Assembly: GCF_004210375.1 (NCBI RefSeq)
Contig: NC_134831.1
Coordinates: 98,889,522-98,953,521 of the forward strand
Direction: 5' to 3'
Origin: Tachypleus tridentatus
Taxonomy: Eukaryota
DNA: 64,000 nucleotides
Below the pieces are notes generated by a model. The model had not been told where the DNA came from. It worked only from the letters and a program-made list of their open reading frames with translations, and made no database searches. The position numbers and the translations under genes were made by a program. Of the stretch, positions 61,801-64,000 are shown piece by piece. Within the stretch, counting starts at the first letter, position 1. Every line of letters begins with the position of its first letter.

Positions 61801-64000
61801 CCTGGGTATACAAATATATATACCAAAATACCGAGAGAGAGAGAGAGGTCTAGTGTACCTGACCCTCCTGGGTATACAAATATATATACCAAATACCTAG
61901 AGAGAGAGGTCTAGTGTACCTGACCCTCCTGGGTATACAAATATATATACCAAATACCTAGAGAGAGAGAGGTCTAGTGTACCTGACCCTCCTGGGTATA
62001 CAAATATATATACCAAATACCTAGAGAGAGAGAGGTCTAGTGTACCTGACCCTCCTGGGTATACAAATATATATACCAAATACCTAGAGAGAGAGAGGTC
62101 TAGTGTACCTGACCCTCCTGGGTATACAAATATATATACCAAATACCTAGAGAGAGAGAGGTCTAGTGTACCTGACCCTCCTGGGTATACAAATATATAT
62201 ACCAAATACCTAGAGAGAGAGAGGTCTAGTGTACCTGACCCTCCTGGGTATACAAATATATATACCAAATACCTAGAGAGAGAGAGGTCTAGTGTACCTG
62301 ACCCTCCTGGGTATACAAATATATATACCAAATACCTAGAGAGAGAGAGGGTCTAGTGTACCTGACCCTCCTGGGTATACAAATATATATACCAAAATAC
62401 CTAGAGAGAGAGAGAGTCTAGTGTACCTGACCCTCCTGGGTATACAAATATATATACCAAATACCTAGAGAGAGAGGTCTAGTGTACCTGACCCTCCTGG
62501 GTATACAAATATATATACCAAAATACCTAGAGAGAGAGAGGTCTAGTGTACCTGACCCTCCTGGGTATACAAATATATATACCAAATACCTAGAGAGAGA
62601 GGTCTAGTGTACCTGACCCTCCTGGGTATACAAATATATATACCAAATACCTAGAGAGAGAGAGTCTAGTGTACCTGACCCTCCTGGGTATACAAATATA
62701 TATACCAAATACCTAGAGAGAGAGAGAGGTCTAGTGTACCTGACCCTCCTGGGTATACAAATATATATACCAAATACCTAGAGAGAGAGAGGTCTAGTGT
62801 ACCTGACCCTCCTGGGTATACAAATATATATACCAAATACCTAGAGAGAGAGAGAGTCTAGTGTACCTGACCCTCCTGGGTATACAAATATATATACCAA
62901 AAACCTAGAGAGAGAGAGAGAGAGGGTCTAGTGTACCTGACCCTCCTGGGTATACAAATATATATACCAAAATACCGAGAGAGAGAGAGGTCTAGTGTAC
63001 CTGACCCTCCTGGGTATACAAATATATATACCAAATACCTAGAGAGAGAGAGGTCTAGTGTACCTGACCCTCCTGGGTATACAAATATATATACCAAATA
63101 CCTAGAGAGAGAGAGGTCTAGTGTACCTGACCCTCCTGGGTATACAAATATATATACCAAATACCTAGAGAGAGAGGTCAAGTGTAGCTGACCCTCCTTG
63201 GTATACATATATATATACCAAATACCTAGAGAGAGAGAGGTCTAGTGTACCTGACCCTCCTGGGTATACAAATATATATACCAAATACCTAGAGAGAGAG
63301 AGGAGAGAGGTCTAGTGTACCTGACCCTCCTGGGTATACAAATATATATACCAAATACCTAGAGAGAGAGAGAGGTCTAGTGTACCCGACCCTCCTGGGT
63401 ATACAAATATATATACCAAATACCTAGAGAGAGAGAGAGTCTAGTGTACCTGACCCTCCTGGGTATACAAATATATATACCAAATACCTAGAGAGAGAGA
63501 GAGAGGTCTAGTGTACCCGACCCTCCTGGGTATACAAATATATATACCAAAATACCAATAGAGAGAGAGAGGTCTAGTGTACCCGACCCTCCTGGGTATA
63601 CAAATATATATACCAAAATACCGATAGAGAGAGAGAGGTCTAGTGTACCCGACCCTCCTGGGTATACAAATATATATACCAAAATACCGATAGAGAGAGA
63701 GAGGTCTAGTGTACCTGACCCTCCTGGGTATACAAATATATATACCAAATACCTAGAGAGAGAGAGTCTAGTGTACCTGACCCTCCTGGGTATACAAATA
63801 TATATACCAAATACCTAGAGAGAGAGAGGTCTAGTGTACCTGACCCTCCTGGGTATACAAATATATATACCAAATACCTAGAGAGAGAGAGGTCTAGTGT
63901 ACCTGACCCTCCTGGGTATACAAATATATATACCAAATACCTAGAGAGAGAGAGGTCTAGTGTACCTGACCCTCCTGGGTATACAAATATATATATACCA
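55826..64000. repeat. Satellite array, about 63-bp unit (ggtctagtgtacctgaccctcctgggtatacaaatatatataccaaatacctagagagagaga), about 130 copies. It extends beyond the window end.
   Basis: The period of 61 to 66 bp varies with the embedded (GA)n tract. Each unit contains the near-palindrome ggtatacaaatatatatacc. All ORFs 56153..63936 are artefacts. Confidence 0.97.

Noticed and set aside
56153-63936. Dozens of overlapping ORFs of 60 to 163 aa on both strands.
   Set aside because: All lie inside the 63-bp satellite. Their periodic peptides (YIFVYPGGSGTLDLSLSR, etc.) are repeat-translation artefacts.

Overview
This is AT-rich eukaryotic (metazoan) nuclear DNA, not a prokaryotic locus. The main finding is most of a major vault protein (MVP) gene on the minus strand: 13 coding exons (about 806 codons) spread over roughly 37 kb (16208..53382). 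Exons were recognised by recalled homology to vertebrate MVP and have canonical GT..AG splice sites. The first (N-terminal, about 40 aa) and last (C-terminal tail) coding exons were not found in the window. The introns and the 5' flank are unusually full of tandem minisatellite arrays. At least 18 distinct unit families are present, with units of 27 to 104 bp. One is a >8 kb, 63-bp satellite running off the window end. Together they cover roughly 24 kb, about 38% of the window. Two of the arrays are built from copies of an MVP exon/intron junction: about 29 copies of the exon d 5' splice-donor junction, and about 21 copies of the exon c 3' acceptor region. A third array amplifies 52 bp of a LINE endonuclease coding segment. 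Other content: at least six copies of a tRNA-derived SINE on both strands, a second tRNA-like element as an inverted pair, a CR1-like LINE (endonuclease plus partial RT, internally deleted), three further LINE fragments, an internally deleted mariner, two copies of a ~410 bp MITE-like element in opposite orientations, and several hairpin-forming inverted repeats. There are no rRNA or bona fide tRNA genes, no CRISPR, and no operons. Most six-frame ORFs in the track are artefacts of reading through tandem repeats. Exon boundaries are approximate to within a few nt. Everything rests on reading the sequence and on recalled family features, not on searches.
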